A DNA stretch of 64,000 nucleotides from Eledone cirrhosa (GCA_964016885.1 OZ024743.1:27342001-27406000); one strand, 5' to 3'; positions 39,631 to 55,793 are shown, counted from the first letter of the stretch. Notes: a model not told the origin generated them from the sequence alone. Numbers and translations: made by a program.

Positions 39631-40419
39631 TTCTTCCACTCTCTGGAAGAAATCTACTGTACTCAGACTTGGAGAGGGATGGACTCAGCCAGGCGTAAAA
39701 TATCCAAGAAACGTCGTAGATTAATACGGCGCCCCTACGACTCTATCATGAGTTACGAGACCACACACACACACAGATATATAACTAGTACTTGCTGTCT
39801 GACAAAGCTGTTTGCATTGTGCTCTCTATACGGGATGCGCAGTTACCTTGTGATGCACAGTGTCCGGTGCCAGTTGTTAGAACCAATGTTCACACCCAAA
39901 CAGAAGGATCGAAGTCATTTGGGACTTATATAATTTGAGACTTACTGAAAAACTGACGTCTAGCTTCGTGATGGGAAAAGAGGCAAAATCGAGTTTGTAT
40001 TTTATCTCCTATAAGACAACATAATATCAAAGAATATTAAATGAATCAGACACTGCTCACAGAGATTAGAATGCTTCAGTTAGTATAATCTAATTACTAA
40101 ATAATGTCTGCAATAACGAATATATAACCAAGTGCAAATATTTGAAACAATATACTCATTATTTTCACATGGATATATGATTAATTGAACAACTTGAAGG
40201 CTAGAAATCAAAGTAATACTGGTAGCAGAGAAAGATAAATTACATGAAGCAATTTACGCAAATGTGTGGGAAGTTTAATCTGGTGTACGTATATCTCATA
40301 TTTATATGCTTCATAGAATCTTTTCAAATAATAATCATTCATTCGAGTGAGTAATTACTTATACATGTATGTAGGTATATATATATATATATATATATAT
40401 ACCTACATACTTGTATAAG

Positions 40420-40490
<71 letters not shown>

Positions 40491-40572
40491 GATAAGCAGA
40501 ACAAGTAAAATTCAACCAAATTTTTCAAAATAAATTAAAAAATATAATTTAAATATTTACCTATTCTTTTGG

Positions 40573-40651
40573 CCCTTACCGATCCGTTTCGCTTTGTAAA
40601 ACACCAGAAATCCAATGGATTTCCAATGGAAAATCAAAGCTCATCAGAGAA
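40573..40651 (-). ncRNA. Type I hammerhead ribozyme
   Basis: TTCT-CTGATGA-GCTTTG...CAAAGC-GAAA-CGGATCGG-TA-AGGG. Confidence 0.8.
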
Positions 40652-41058
40652 GCATTTTCCTTTCCTAGGGCTAAAGATCCAGGAACGATAAAATATATTG
40701 TTATCTGCCAGCTAGCACAGATCCAAAAGGACGAAAAAATGACCTGTACGTGAACTACCCGAGGTGAAAGCGGGAAAACCATAGACGTGTTGTCTATCTC
40801 GTTACTAAAAATAGCAGCTAAATATAAACAACAGGTTTGTTCTCAACATAACGGAGATTATTAATAGAAGAAGTTAATATGCCCGTGGGTACTAAATACC
40901 CCTGGAAATATATAGGTTGTCTATGATTTAAGGTTGTTCTATGGTATTAATTTGACATACCAGAACTATAATATTAAGATAAGCAGAACAAGTAAAATTC
41001 AACCAATTTTTCAAAATAAATTAAAAAATATAATTTAAATATTTACCTATTCTTTTGG

Positions 41059-41137
41059 CCCTTACCGATCGGTTTCGCTTTGTAAAACACCAGAAATCCA
41101 ATGGATTTCCAATGGAAAATCAAAGCTCATCAGAGAA
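41059..41137 (-). ncRNA. Type I hammerhead ribozyme
   Basis: TTCT-CTGATGA-GCTTTG...CAAAGC-GAAA-CCGATCGG-TA-AGGG; perfect palindromic stem III. Confidence 0.88.
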
Positions 41138-41259
41138 GCATTTTCCTTTCCTAGGGCTAAAGACCCAGGAACGATAAAATATATTGTTATCTGCCAGCTA
41201 GCACAGATCCAAAAGGCCGAAAAATGACCTGTACGTGAACTACCCGAGGTGAAAGCGGG

Positions 41260-41295
<36 letters not shown>

Positions 41296-41373
41296 ACATG
41301 CATACATATATATATATGTATAATGATAATAATAAAAGGACGATTTATTATGTCTTCATTAAGTTTATTGATT

Positions 41374-41458
41374 GGTGACGCGCGTTTCGCTTTTGATCAG
41401 CTCAAGGTTCGATTTGTATCGATCTGTCCCGTCTCTGGAATGAAAAGCTCGTCTGACC
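41374..41458 (-). ncRNA. Degenerate type I hammerhead (core CAGACGA)
   Basis: GGT-CAGACGA-GCTTTT...AAAAGC-GAAA-CGCGCG-TC-ACC. Confidence 0.6.
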
Positions 41459-41729
41459 TCTGCTGTGGTAATGAACATACAAAAGACAGTAACTGTTGGA
41501 TGTTGGTGAGGGAAATGTTGACATTTAAGAAAAAAGCTTTCTTTTCATATGTTGTCTAGAATATTCTGTGTCTTTAGAAATAGACACGGAATATGTGAGC
41601 ATATATATAAGCAGTACATCAATGTAGTTCCACTTGAATTTGTGCAACTGCTGAAGGGTGAAGTAATTTTCAGCAGTGAAATGAAAAAGCAATATGAAGT
41701 TTTTTTAATGGTATATATATGAAATTTAG

Positions 41730-42075
41730 ACGCAGTATCACCCATTGGTTATGATGTTCGTATCACAATCATTATGTTCTATGTTGGATCTCATTGCATG
41801 TCATCTTGGTCAAGTGCCACTTACCATAGCTTCGTGTCGACCCATGCGTTGCGAGTGAAAATAGGTTGACAGAAATTGTTTGGAATCCCATTGGATGGAC
41901 AGTATTTGTAACTCAAAGAGCCAGCCTTGATATAGTGTGTTAGGCTAAATCTCCCTGAGAATTGCGTTATGGTACATATGTCTGTGGAATGCCCAGTTAA
42001 ATACCCATTTATTTCCCGAGCATGTTCTGCTGATCAAACAAGTAGACCACTCATCCTCGAAACTGACGGAAGTCT
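41730..42075 (+). mobile_element. Degenerate tRNA-headed SINE
   Basis: Decayed tRNA-like head followed by cttggtcaagtg core. Confidence 0.45.
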
Positions 42076-42329
42076 ATTTAATATTTTTCATATTTGAGAT
42101 ATTCTTGAAAGTCCATTACAGAATGAGAGATCCGTATTTCTACCTTCAGTGATTTTGCTGCACATTATTCATGATTTGGTTGATGTCGTGCTGTTGAAGG
42201 ATATTTGCTGCCATATTTCAATTAAAGGATGTATATGAAATCAATATACGCGTGACGTGAGGAGCTAGTGGATTACATCTACGTGCGAAATATTAAAGAG
42301 AAAGGGAGCGAATATAAATTGTGTGTGGT

Positions 42330-43900
<1,571 letters not shown>

Positions 43901-44695
43901 TTCTCAGTAATTCCTTATTTCAGCTTCGACCGGTTGACTCATTTAAATTATGAGCTTATTTGACATGCATGTGTTATTCGAATGAAAAATATGCGGTTTA
44001 ATTTATTTTCCATTAGCAGCTATAATACTCTCTAATCGAAGCAAAGGCGGGGGTTGCTAAGAAAACCTGAGTTTTAAGTTGGTTAAAAGATCAAATGCGG
44101 AGTGTCTGAAATTGTGTCGGGATACGAGAGATTATCTATTACAGACATTCAAAGATTCAATAATTTTTTTGGGGGGTCTCTGGGCAGTATCAAAGTAAAA
44201 TAAGCATGACGAACAAATATTTATAACTTCAAAGAAAATGAGTTCAGATAAAGGTTATTAATGAAGGATGAGAAATAGAAATACATTCCATTCGTTTGGA
44301 GAGTAAAAGAGTCAACAACTTCAATTTGACTAAATAGAGGATGAATGGTCTCTCAGCCAAAGTAACTTGGTTACTGATATTTCGAGGAAAGGTAAGTGGT
44401 CTGGTAAGATGAATGGATTAAATATATGTGCATACGTCAGTTTTCAGGAAGTGCCACTTGAATAACATTATATGAGATTTGTTTCGTTTCATAGATAATT
44501 ATAGATGTTTGTGTGCTAGTTAGATGTGCTGGGTAGAATCGAGGTTGTTTTAAAATGTACAATGACGCTGGAATGTCGTCGGTTATTACAACATCCACTC
44601 CACTTGTTTGAAGAACACAAGAACCTGCTCTCGAAATTGATGCACAACGTACGTAGTACCCAGGAAGATACAGAGTGACACGTTTGTTAATTTAA

Positions 44696-44908
44696 CCCTT
44701 TAGCATTTAAACCGGCCGTGTCCGACCAGAATTCTCTCACTTCTTTCTGTTCAAACCGGCTGTAACTGGCCACTTATACCGACATTAAGGTATTGTTCTC
44801 AACATAAATAGTATCAACATCTCATAGATTATGGGAGATATTATGTGAGATAAAGCCTTTACTGTGAAAATACAATAGTATATATAGAGTGATGTAAATG
44901 CTAAATGG
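44696..44908. mobile_element. piggyBac-like MITE
   Basis: TTAA-CCCTTTAGCATTTA ... TAAATGCTAAATGG-TTAA. Confidence 0.7.
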
Positions 44909-45534
44909 TTAAATACTGACACAACTGTGTGGACTCGGGCAAAGGGAAATCAAATTCTTGCTCAATGATATGATGCACCAACGAGTTCGGGAATCGAACT
45001 CATGACTTTATGGTCCCGAACCGAAAACCTTTAATCACTAAGCAACGTGCATTCACATTATTCCCATTATACACATATGGAAGCACATAGACAGAATCTT
45101 CACCTCTTCTCCTCCTCTCTCTCTTTACATACACAGGCACAAAAATATATAGATGGGTGTATTCCGACGCAAATAGAAGAAAGAGAATAGATTCTAAGGA
45201 AGCAATTCAACAGATAAAGAGATAGCTGTAGATATTCGTATTTATGAAATACATTAGAATAAATGAGTTATATTTCTGAAGCTTCAGAATAACAAATTAG
45301 AGGCTCTGTTTCAAGAAATTGACAAAGAAATGCTTGGAAATTAATGTAGCTGAAGTAATTACGAATTTATGACTGAATTAATATATATTTTCATGAGATA
45401 AAATCGAAACACTACGAAAATGTTCAGATAATAACCACAATAAGAAAATCATAATTTAAACTGAATTATTTTAATTGTTGCACTGATTAGACTTCTACTT
45501 TACTGAGGCACTGCATTGAACAGATTTAGGCGAA

Positions 45535-45770
45535 CATATCGACCCAGTGCTTTTATTTTTATGAAGAGAACATATTCTATAGATATCGTTTTGTTAAATG
45601 TCCATGTTAAGCGAAATAAGCAAACGGTAAAAGTAAACATTTCCCAAGTCTTTCTAAACAGGTATCGGCCACCCGGAGTCTATTGTCAAAGATACTTGCC
45701 TAAGGTGCAAAGAAATGGGCTGAGACCGAATTAATATGGCTGGAATGTGAACTCCTTAACCACGCAACAA
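45535..45770 (-). mobile_element. tRNA-derived SINE remnant
   Basis: Reverse-strand tRNA-like head (gtggttaaggagttc) and caccttaggcaagtatc core. Confidence 0.55.
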
Positions 45771-47161
45771 TTCTCAACATTTTCATTCATGCATTACATA
45801 AGTTAACATGGTTGAATATATACGCGTCGGATCATTCAGATGTGAGAACACTATAGCAGCTTCTAAATATGTGTCATTATCATTGGTTGTCAAGTAAGGC
45901 TCTATCTTATTGGTTGATTCAGGTCCTGTGATGATGCCGGAGGCTAGTGATTACTGCTAAATGCTGCTAATAGCGGCTATATATATTGGCTACTGTGGAG
46001 CTGCTGGACAAATTGATGGTTGCTGTTTGCTACTACACAGAAGCTTCAACACGATGAGAAGTAGTTAACCATATATCAGTTAGGAATTCTGAGTATTATT
46101 TTTCTGAGTTTCAGTCAGGTATTTGGAAGTATCACTACTGTCAGTGTAGCCATTTATATTGTAATATTATAACTAAGGCTTACAATTCGTATTCTTGGTG
46201 GTAGTCCTCCTAGTATAAGAAGGGGTGGTTGGTATAGGGTAAATGTTATGGGATGTTAAAGGCTAATGCTTTAAAATCTGCCAGCATCGAGGCCACTTAT
46301 ATATAATCAAATCTCTTAACCATGGATACAGTTGGTTGTTGAAATATATGCACTTTCACGCAGTTGTAAATATGACAGTCTTGGACACCGGGAGAATAAA
46401 AATTAACCTTATCAAAAATACTCGAGATTATAGCGGGTGTATGATTTCCAAGGTTTTGGAGTCTCCAGATAAATCGATACAAGAAAGTAGGGCTTATTCT
46501 ACCACTGGGCATAAAGGAAATTATCCGTTGAGTATGACATGCTGAGAATGTAATGGTTTTAAGTCCTGTGTAGTACCAAAGATACCATATCGCCACTGGG
46601 CAGTATGTTAACTCTTATGTAAAAACGGAGAAGAATAAAAATTGCAAGATTTCAATCCTCCCCACCACTAAAATTGCATATCTTTGAGTGAAGTCGATAA
46701 AACAAATTGTATACTTGCTTGTTTCAGCGTAGACGACAGCGCTGATGGTAAGTATGTGGAAATGTAAATAAAAGGAGTCTTTATACGTCAACAACGTAAG
46801 TTTGTGGCAAACGAATCACCGAAAGGAGACTAAAAGCTGTCATTTGATCTACTAGTGACAAAAGTTAATTTTCTCCATCATCTAAAAAAATGGACACACC
46901 TGTTCATGTAGTCCTGGATACCAACTAAATACATAAGAGAAATGTTAGAAATACCATCCATCTTAGGATTACTCGATCAAGTTTGACCTAGAGCGAAATA
47001 ACCAAGGTTGACTTCTATTCTGATTTTTAACGACTCAGTTAATGGCTTTGGAAAGACACAAGCATTATAATTCATGCTTCACCAAGAGATTATTTTGATA
47101 ACGAAAGGTTGTGAAATTGATTCTCTCACACAAGCGCTTAGAGGAAATACACTTTTATAAC

Positions 47162-47202
<41 letters not shown>

Positions 47203-47203
<1 letters not shown>

Positions 47204-47416
47204 CGAAGGAGTTGTGGTAAGGAACCAGATGGACCATAACGCACCAGAGTACTCAATACTTAGGGTAGTAAAGTGGGTAATAGGAGAAAGTATGACCCTG
47301 ACGGCAGAGCTCAAGCCGTTTTGACGGCTATTTCTGGACTAGTCTAAAAGTCTTACTTTAGCCCAGAAATAGCCGTCGAAACGGCTTGAGCTCTGCCGTC
47401 GGGGTCATACTTTCTC
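47203..47416. mobile_element. Fold-back fragment between (TA)n tracts
   Basis: Inverted arms 47284-47337 / 47363-47416. Confidence 0.6.
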
Positions 47417-47441
47417 ATATATATATATATATATATATATA

Positions 47442-47710
47442 TTATGAAGAGAGAAGAAACATTTAGATATAATTAGTAATAAAATGTATCATACCTAAAC
47501 TGCTCCTAAATTCCTCGACTACGTAGTTTCGTGGCATAAACAAAAACAATATATCATAAAGACATAGAGTCCCTGCGAGGTCTGCCGACTTATCAAGAGG
47601 ATACCTCAATTTACTAGTCTCAAGAACGCGTCTACACGACGTGAGAAAGAATCCCAAAATGCGGAGGGGGAGATAGTCACGCGATATAACGGTCGAGAAA
47701 CAGAGCTAAG
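47442..47710 (-). mobile_element. pLTR-like fragment with degenerate hammerhead; tail duplicated at 52741-52829
   Basis: TCCTC-TTGATAA-GTCGGCA...TGCCAC-GAAA-CTACGTAG-TC-GAGGA (about 47511-47601). Confidence 0.6.
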
Positions 47711-48169
47711 CCCTCTCTCTTTGAATGTATATATATATATATATATACATTCAAAGAGAGAGGGAGAGAGAGGGAGAGAGAGTGTGTGGGAGAGAGATAT
47801 ATAGATAGATAGATAGAGAGAGAGAGAGATACAGTATTTCAAATATTAACTTATGTGAGACAACTCAAATTGTCATACCAAAATCATTCCGTTCAATGTC
47901 TGAGAAAAATCAATAAACGAATATTCAACAGGCGAATATTTTTGTCATCGCGCGAGTAAGCAAAGCCAGATTAAAATATTTAACAATTTCGTTTAATCTC
48001 TGAATTCAGGCAGCATCTCACAAATTGAGCTTATCTTTATAATGTTAATAAGAGCTAAGAAAACTGATTTCACGGCTAAGTGATTTATTTTAAAACACTT
48101 TAATATTGATATTCGAGGGTAAGGAAGTTTTACTTCTGTCAATTTTTCATCTCCACTTTCTCAAATATA

Positions 48170-48613
48170 AAGGGTGATTGAAATGCAAGTCCCTATTTTA
48201 AAATTCTTATAATTTATTTCTTTAGTTATAATTTTTACAAGAAATGAATATGAGAAGAAAGCCTATAGCATGGAGTTTATTTAAAATTCGATATGGGCAC
48301 CAGCATTTGCCACCATTTCTCAAGCCTCCCGGGATTTCACCAGGAACTCTTGCGGGATGGAATACATGGCTTCTCGTATTCGCACTTCAAGTTCTTCCAC
48401 AGTTGTTGGTTTGGTAGAGCAGAAAAAAGTCGCAGGGTGTTAACTTCTGACTGGCAACTCATGCGGACCACGGCGACCCATCCATCTCCCAGGGAAGTGG
48501 TCATTCAGCCAGCAAAATAAAATCTTCAATGTTCTCTCAAGTACTGATAACTGGCCAGATTTCACCTTGCAGCATGATAAGGTACCTTTCGGAGTTACTT
48601 TTCAATCACCCTG
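48170..48613. mobile_element. Tc1/mariner deletion derivative
   Basis: AGGGTGATTGAAA / TTTCAATCACCCTG termini. Confidence 0.6.
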
Positions 48614-49305
48614 TGCATTATTTATATTTGAATTACATCTTTTTTTAACCAATTAGTGACACTCAATAATGTTTATATCTGCTTCCTATCACTGTGAATG
48701 CGTATTTCTGTTACATTAACTCTACATTTATATCAGTATTATATGGTGTTTGTATCTACATATTTACGTAAGCAAATTAAACAAACCCCCATGAATTTGA
48801 TAAATGTGAGATATCAGTTGATTCATAATTATCAATAGAATTTGTATTTTCAGAAAAATACAGATATCAGAATAATACGCTTCATTAAATATAAAAAATA
48901 AGAAAACAATCAATCGTTATTCATTTGATTAAATTCATTTAAGCAAGAAATGTCCACAATAAAGATTTGGTATCAGGTTTTGCTGTGTAGACGAGATATT
49001 TAAACTTAAATAATTTCACTAGTAAAATAAATTATCTGAGATGAGGTATAATTCAGAAATAAAGAGATCTGTTTAAAATTGAGTTGATTTACCATGAGGA
49101 GTGATAAATCTGACGTTTCGGAAACCTCCTCTACTTCAGAACAATATCATATAAAATAATAATAATAATGAAATTATTGTGTACAGTGCTCAGGTGCATT
49201 ACAATAGAGGATAATACACCGGTCTCTGAAAAGTGAAATGGTTACCATTAAACAAATCAATTACATATTGATATCATGTCATCAATGTTCAGTAGGTATA
49301 ATTAC

Positions 49306-49482
49306 AATACAAATAAAATTCCGTTATAACGAATACCATTATAACGAATTTTTCAGTATAACGAACATTTTCAATCCCCGATCACACGCTCGATGTATTA
49401 GATCGATCTCGTTATAAAGAATTTTTCGTTACAACGAATTTTTTAATACTCGTGAACTACGTTATAACGGAATTTCCCTGTA
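49306..49482. mobile_element. pogo/Tigger-like MITE (second copy)
   Basis: aaattccgttataacg ... cgttataacggaattt TIR, reverse complement of 19579-19753. Confidence 0.7.
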
Positions 49483-49489
49483 TTGCAAA

Positions 49490-50022
49490 TCTGGGAATTT
49501 GAGAAGCGCAGTATTTGATACAAAACTGTTGAAAAGTTGGATTAATGACATAATTGCAATATTTCAGTATATGCGGTTATTTAAATATATTTGGGTTACT
49601 GAAGACATTTGTCTGGTCAACGCTTCTTTACGGTTGCGAATCGTAGACTTTCACGAATCAGACATGGAGATACCTGGAGTTTACCGAGATGTATTTCTAT
49701 CGCAGAATACCCAGGATTTCGTACGTCGACCGAATAAATAATGAAGAGGTTTTGAAGAGAGTGTGGATGGAATGTGAGATACTGCTCACTATTAAAAAGT
49801 GACGACTAATTTTCCTAGGACATGTCATCAGGAAATGCATGCTGAAAGACCTTTCTATTAACGGAAAAATTCCTGGGAAGCGCGCCAGAGGTCATCAAAG
49901 AGGTCCTTTTTTGACAATTTCAACATCAAAGCCGCAGAAATATGGGATCTCGCCCAAGATCGAACAGCGTGGAATATCATGGTTCGTCAAACACTGATAT
50001 AGTGATGGCACAATAAGAAGAG
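49490..50022 (+). mobile_element. Old RTE LINE 3' remnant
   Basis: FLGHVIRKCMLKDLSINGKIPGKRARGHQR; LAQDRTAW; ggcac-aataagaaga tail. Confidence 0.7.
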
Positions 50023-52689
50023 GGGTTTCATTATATTGAGGTTATATGATCAAGTGGATAAAATACTAGACCAGGACAAAGAGATCTTTAGTTTAATTCT
50101 TCGCTAGGTGTTTCATGATCATTTGTTGTAAAACATTTTCCGATTGTTTTATTCTGCAGAACTACCGGAAAATGTACTTGCAAGAGAGTAAAGTGTCCCA
50201 AAGAACGTTTTGGACACTCATTTATATCCCAAGTGTTAACATGAATTAAACATATTTTTAGCTCTTATATATAGTGTTTAGAATTATCATTTCAATTTGT
50301 AGGAAAGACTCTAATGATAATTGCCATCTGTTATGGCAAAGAAAATAAAGAAATATATTAATTGGCCACGAGAATCCAAAGCTCAATTATCATTATAATA
50401 ATTGTTTCTTCATTTAGCATACGGCCGGCAAAATTTTGAGGGGAGAGGAAAGTCAACTAAATCATCACAGTGTGAGACTGGTACTTTATTTTATCGACCC
50501 CGTAAGGTTGAAAGCCAAATCAGAAAGTGCAGTAAACCAGTTAGAGCTTTAGCTGTTAGTGTTACTGTTTACATCTAAACGCCTATCTAACAGCATCGAC
50601 TTGGACAACTGTTACATAATGACATTCGGATGCATATGAGATGTACATAACAGGTGAGATGTAATAAACTGTAGTGATATAGATCAAACCATCTCTCTTC
50701 TTAATATCGATACTCCGCCTGATATTATGTACGTAAGAACCTATGATATCCATGACAAGGAGTGCTTACGTTTGATTATAACACTTAGTCTATTTCTTCG
50801 ATTAATCAACTCTAATTATTGAAACAAATAAATGTAAATATATGAACTGAGAATTTAATAAAACATTGTTATTTATCCATCCCCCAGTTCTGATCAAATA
50901 TAACCAAGGTCTGTAATAATATAAGATACTACTGGAGACTATAAACCATTCCGCCACAAAAGATTAGATTATTAGAAAATTTTGCAAATAGATATAGATG
51001 AGGGAATATTTTATTAAGCCGAAATTTCAACTTACGGTTCCCGGCTATTAATATGTGAGAAGGTGCCTTAATATTGAGACATCTTATTGACTCAAGGCAA
51101 TGATACATTGTAAAGTGTATATAAGAGAACATATTTATCTTACTTTGTTTCATGATCATTATCTACACATCACAATTTCCTTTATTTCATGATCATCATC
51201 TACACATCACCATTACACTGGGAGACAAGTTATATAGCTTTGTATAACTCTATTACTCAGATTATTATTTCATATAAATAGATTGCCTTTATTTCGTTTT
51301 CAAAATGAATCTTTTCCCCATTACATTTATGGCTGCTCTGTGTACAATCTTGGATACTTAATATACAGTTTTATTGCATGGTTAGCCGAATCTCTCTGCT
51401 CTGTACACTGTTGTCTTCTTTCGATTTTATGCTTGCTCTGTATACTATTCTTTTGACAATAACTTTTTTCTAAGGAGCATTTATTCATGCCTCTGAACGT
51501 GCCCGACCTTTATATTCTTTCTGTGATATTTATAGATTTGTAATCAAAACCAAAAAGGTTTGTATCACTGATGCAACAGGCAGCCATATGTAGCTGAAAA
51601 ACTCAACATTCTGAATCTTCACACACATATCTTAAACACAAGACACACAATTACATCATAATGTGAATTTCTTATATCTACTGATATGCGGTATGTTTAA
51701 TAAATACACGTTTGGAAAACCTTCTAGCTATGAATATTGAAAGGCTAACGACTAGCGCCATCTAGCGCATTCCAGCAGAAGCAACGGGGAAAAACTGTCA
51801 ATGTACATTTCTAGCTCTAGTCACCAACACGACAGTGCTTCATTTGCTCTCTGCTGGAACTCGAAATTGGCGAAAATATAAAGATGTTTCGCTTGTGTAG
51901 ATGGGCTGATTAGCTTCATTTGCATTTTAAAATGTGTAAAGTGGTTCAGTTTGAAAGTAGAATTAAAATTGAAGCTCAGACATAGCTGTATACATACAAG
52001 TATGTGAATTTGGAGGCTAATCAGCTCATGTACACAGGCGAAAAGATTATATATTTTGCTCAATACATATTCTCCTTTCATTCATATTCTTCCAACAGCA
52101 CTTGAAGAAACTAGCTCTACCTACAGCAGACACACGTGGAAGTAAGGAATTTGACACTGAAAATAAAACAGAATTTGAAGCAACAATTTTAAAGTTATCA
52201 AGTCAAGTAAAGTTGATTCTTTTAGAAGAATATATTATGTACTATAAGGGTTCCCTGAAGCAGGTCACAAATAACCAATCTAAAACAAAAAAAGCTAATC
52301 ACGAATTTATGCTAAGATAAGTACAGATTTGTTGCCTTGAAAACTATCTGCTTTATCAGTTGAGAATTACTGCTCTTAATGTGTGACTCCTACGGTTTGT
52401 GATCATTGAGATATTCTAATGCCACCTTGAATCGAAGCATATTGATCTTGATAGTCAAGCATGGCAGATTGTTATATTCTGCATCCGTGAAAGTTAGGAG
52501 GGACGGTAAAGACATAAGCTGAATAAATATAATTATAGTCTACACCATATATTGAATTATTTTCCCTTGGTCGTTATAGACAAGGCATTATATGTCTCTC
52601 TTACTCTCTCTCTCACACACACACTCCCTCCCCCCCACACACACTCTCTCTCTCACACACACACACTCTCTCTCTCTCACACTCACAGG

Positions 52690-52738
<49 letters not shown>

Positions 52739-52957
52739 CATTATGAAGAGAGAAGAAACATTTAGATATAATTAGTAATAAAATGTATCATACCTAAACT
52801 GTTCCTAAATTCCTCGACTACGTAGTTTCAAACTGAATTGGTCTGTCCCAGTCATTCATTGAGCAACATCGGTGAAGTTGGCACCCTTAACTCACAGTTG
52901 GGTGCGGATGCATTCATGTATATATGTGTGTGTCCGCATGTATCTGTGTGTTTCTAA

Positions 52958-53013
<56 letters not shown>

Positions 53014-53072
53014 CATGTATATAACAATGATAGTGAGTAAAATCGAAGTTGCAGCTACGGCTAACATCTCCC

Positions 53073-53291
<219 letters not shown>

Positions 53292-53689
53292 AATATATAT
53301 ATAGAAAGAAAGAGAGAGTTTGTTAGTTCCACAACAAATTAGCAAACATATTCGAGGAGGGATTTTCAACGCGTGTATGATTGCTGTTAGAACGTATATA
53401 CTTCTGTCCTCACCGCATCCCTGCATGGGTTGAAAATCCGTCCGGTGAAACACGTGTGCTCAAACATGGTTTGGTAATTTGTTGGGGAACTAACTTTATA
53501 CCGACCTTGTCCTTTGGACTGAGTGCTCTACTTACTTGTATGTATGTATGTATGTATGTATGTATGTATGTATGTATGTATGTATGTATGTATGTATGTA
53601 TGTATGTATGTATTGCGGTATTTGAACTCAGATCGCGGTGAGCAGGAACAAATACCGAAGCATTTCTAGTCCGATACCGTACCAACTCA

Positions 53690-53756
<67 letters not shown>

Positions 53757-54388
53757 GCAACACACACACACACGTGTGTGTGTATTTCCGTATTTCAGCT
53801 TCACAGAACGTCTGGAATTTGTTTGAACTGGCCAAAGGCTTTTTTAAAAAAAAGAATCAAATATATTGAATGGAAATATATGAATAATTAAAAGAAAGAA
53901 TAAATGTTAAATCTACTAAGTCTCAAGATTCAACAGTTAAACAAAATTGATGAACTTCCTATTAAATAGAAATGTGATATATCTCAAAATATTCTTAATA
54001 TATTTTGAAGGGCAAAGTAATTCTTTTCTATTTCGATTTTCAACAACGTGCCCGTCAGCTTTAATTTATTAATGTAAATAAGTTGGATTTAGTCTGAAGT
54101 TTACTCCTTCAGAAATATATGAAGTATAGAGAAACAAAATGAATAAAATTATCAGCCTTGTAAGTTATAGATTTAATAAGAGATATAAATAAACTGGAAA
54201 TGTTTTGAAGATAAAATATTCAGACATCTGTTTATATTGAAAAATAATAAATAGATAACTAAATAAAAAAAGGAAAGAATGTTTGCAATCTTTTTTGGTA
54301 CTTTAGGGATATTTTGCAACGGAATATAAATTAATTTATTGGCATTCTAATAATATATCAACATAATAAATCCATTTTAAATTTTCAG

Positions 54389-54960
54389 GGATGACCTTAC
54401 TGCTATCGAGTGCAGGAATGGATGATTGATAGTGGAGTGACCCTTAGGGGCCAGCTGCGAAATTAAAGGGCTTACGCAAAGAATAAGCAGCCACGAGTGT
54501 ACTGGATTATAAAGGAAAATGTGCGTCTTATGGAAAATATACTGCAACATTCTATGACTGGCTCCTAGCGAGACGAACACAGACCACCAGTTGAATATGT
54601 CTGTTCTTAGTGAAAGGAGCGTTTCTCTGGTTTCCCTAATAATCCGCACGTGGGAAACGAATGTGTCCCCAAAGACGGATAATTCTCTAAGAACTTTTCT
54701 TAATAAAAAATAAGTCTTATAATAAGTGTAGAGACAGACTACGTTGAAAACGAGAGATATTCAAATTTTCAGAGAAGAAACAGAATTGAATGAAACTAAT
54801 TTTTCTCCGTTTCCTCTTCATGCACTTCTCTATGTTTCTATTTCTTTTTCAATCTCTCAATCTATCTTCCGATGAACGTTTAACATCGGAAACTTTAAGA
54901 CTATTTCCCTACTATACCAAATATTAGACAAATATATACCATTTCTAGGTCGAGCCATAA
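54389..54960 (+). mobile_element. Possible decayed PLE 3' end
   Basis: GLTQRISSH...QHS...RTFLIKNKSYNK resembles a GIY-YIG C-terminus; CCGATGA...GAAA half-motif at 54869-54892. Confidence 0.3.
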
Positions 54961-55453
54961 CCTACCGTCCAGTCTGTGTGTTAATATAAACTTGGGACCA
55001 AGACTGAGAATATCTAGTTCGTCTCGGGAGAGAGATCTTGTCAAGTAAGTGACCAAGGTCTTTTATCGAGTGACACTCAACCGCTATATTATTCATCTGT
55101 GAGAAATTGTGTATATATACATTCATGTGTTTATACGATTATATTCATGCATGTGTGCGTATTTGTATGCATGTCTACACGCACATGTGTGTCAGCGCGT
55201 ATTAGTATATATGTGTTTATGAAGATTTAAAGAGAAATAACTCTGTGACCAGTCCAGACTAATAATTTTTATAACAAGACAGTTTGAAAAAATAATAAAA
55301 CTATTTCCGCTAGCATGGTATAGCGCTCTTCATCGGACACTGGATTAGTCCCTTTTATTTTTCTCGGGAGAAGAGATTTCAATCTCGAAATACCAGGACA
55401 TATAAATAAATTATTTCACTCTTTATTTCACATTGTCGTAACGTTCAACCTCC

Positions 55454-55526
<73 letters not shown>

Positions 55527-55529
<3 letters not shown>

Positions 55530-55716
55530 TAGTAACACAACAGTTAGTTCACCATACCGAGAACAATTGTTTCACCTTATGCGGATCTTCAGCTCCAGAT
55601 CCGCATAAGGTTAAACAATTATTTTCGGTATGTTGTGTTACTACTTCTACCAAACTCGTCTCATGGACTGAGTGCTCTACCACTACTGATATTACCTTCC
55701 AGTGTTCTACCTCACT

Positions 55717-55793
<77 letters not shown>

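Larger units (their letters stand above)
40484..41262 (-). mobile_element. ORF-less partial tandem repeat (486-nt period) with a hammerhead in each copy; retrozyme/pLTR-like
   Basis: About 295-bp direct repeats 40484-40778 and 40971-41262; (TA)n both sides. Confidence 0.8.

Noticed and set aside
47363-47390. AGCCGTCGAAACGGCT as hammerhead
   Set aside because: Simple hairpin with no upstream CTGANGA
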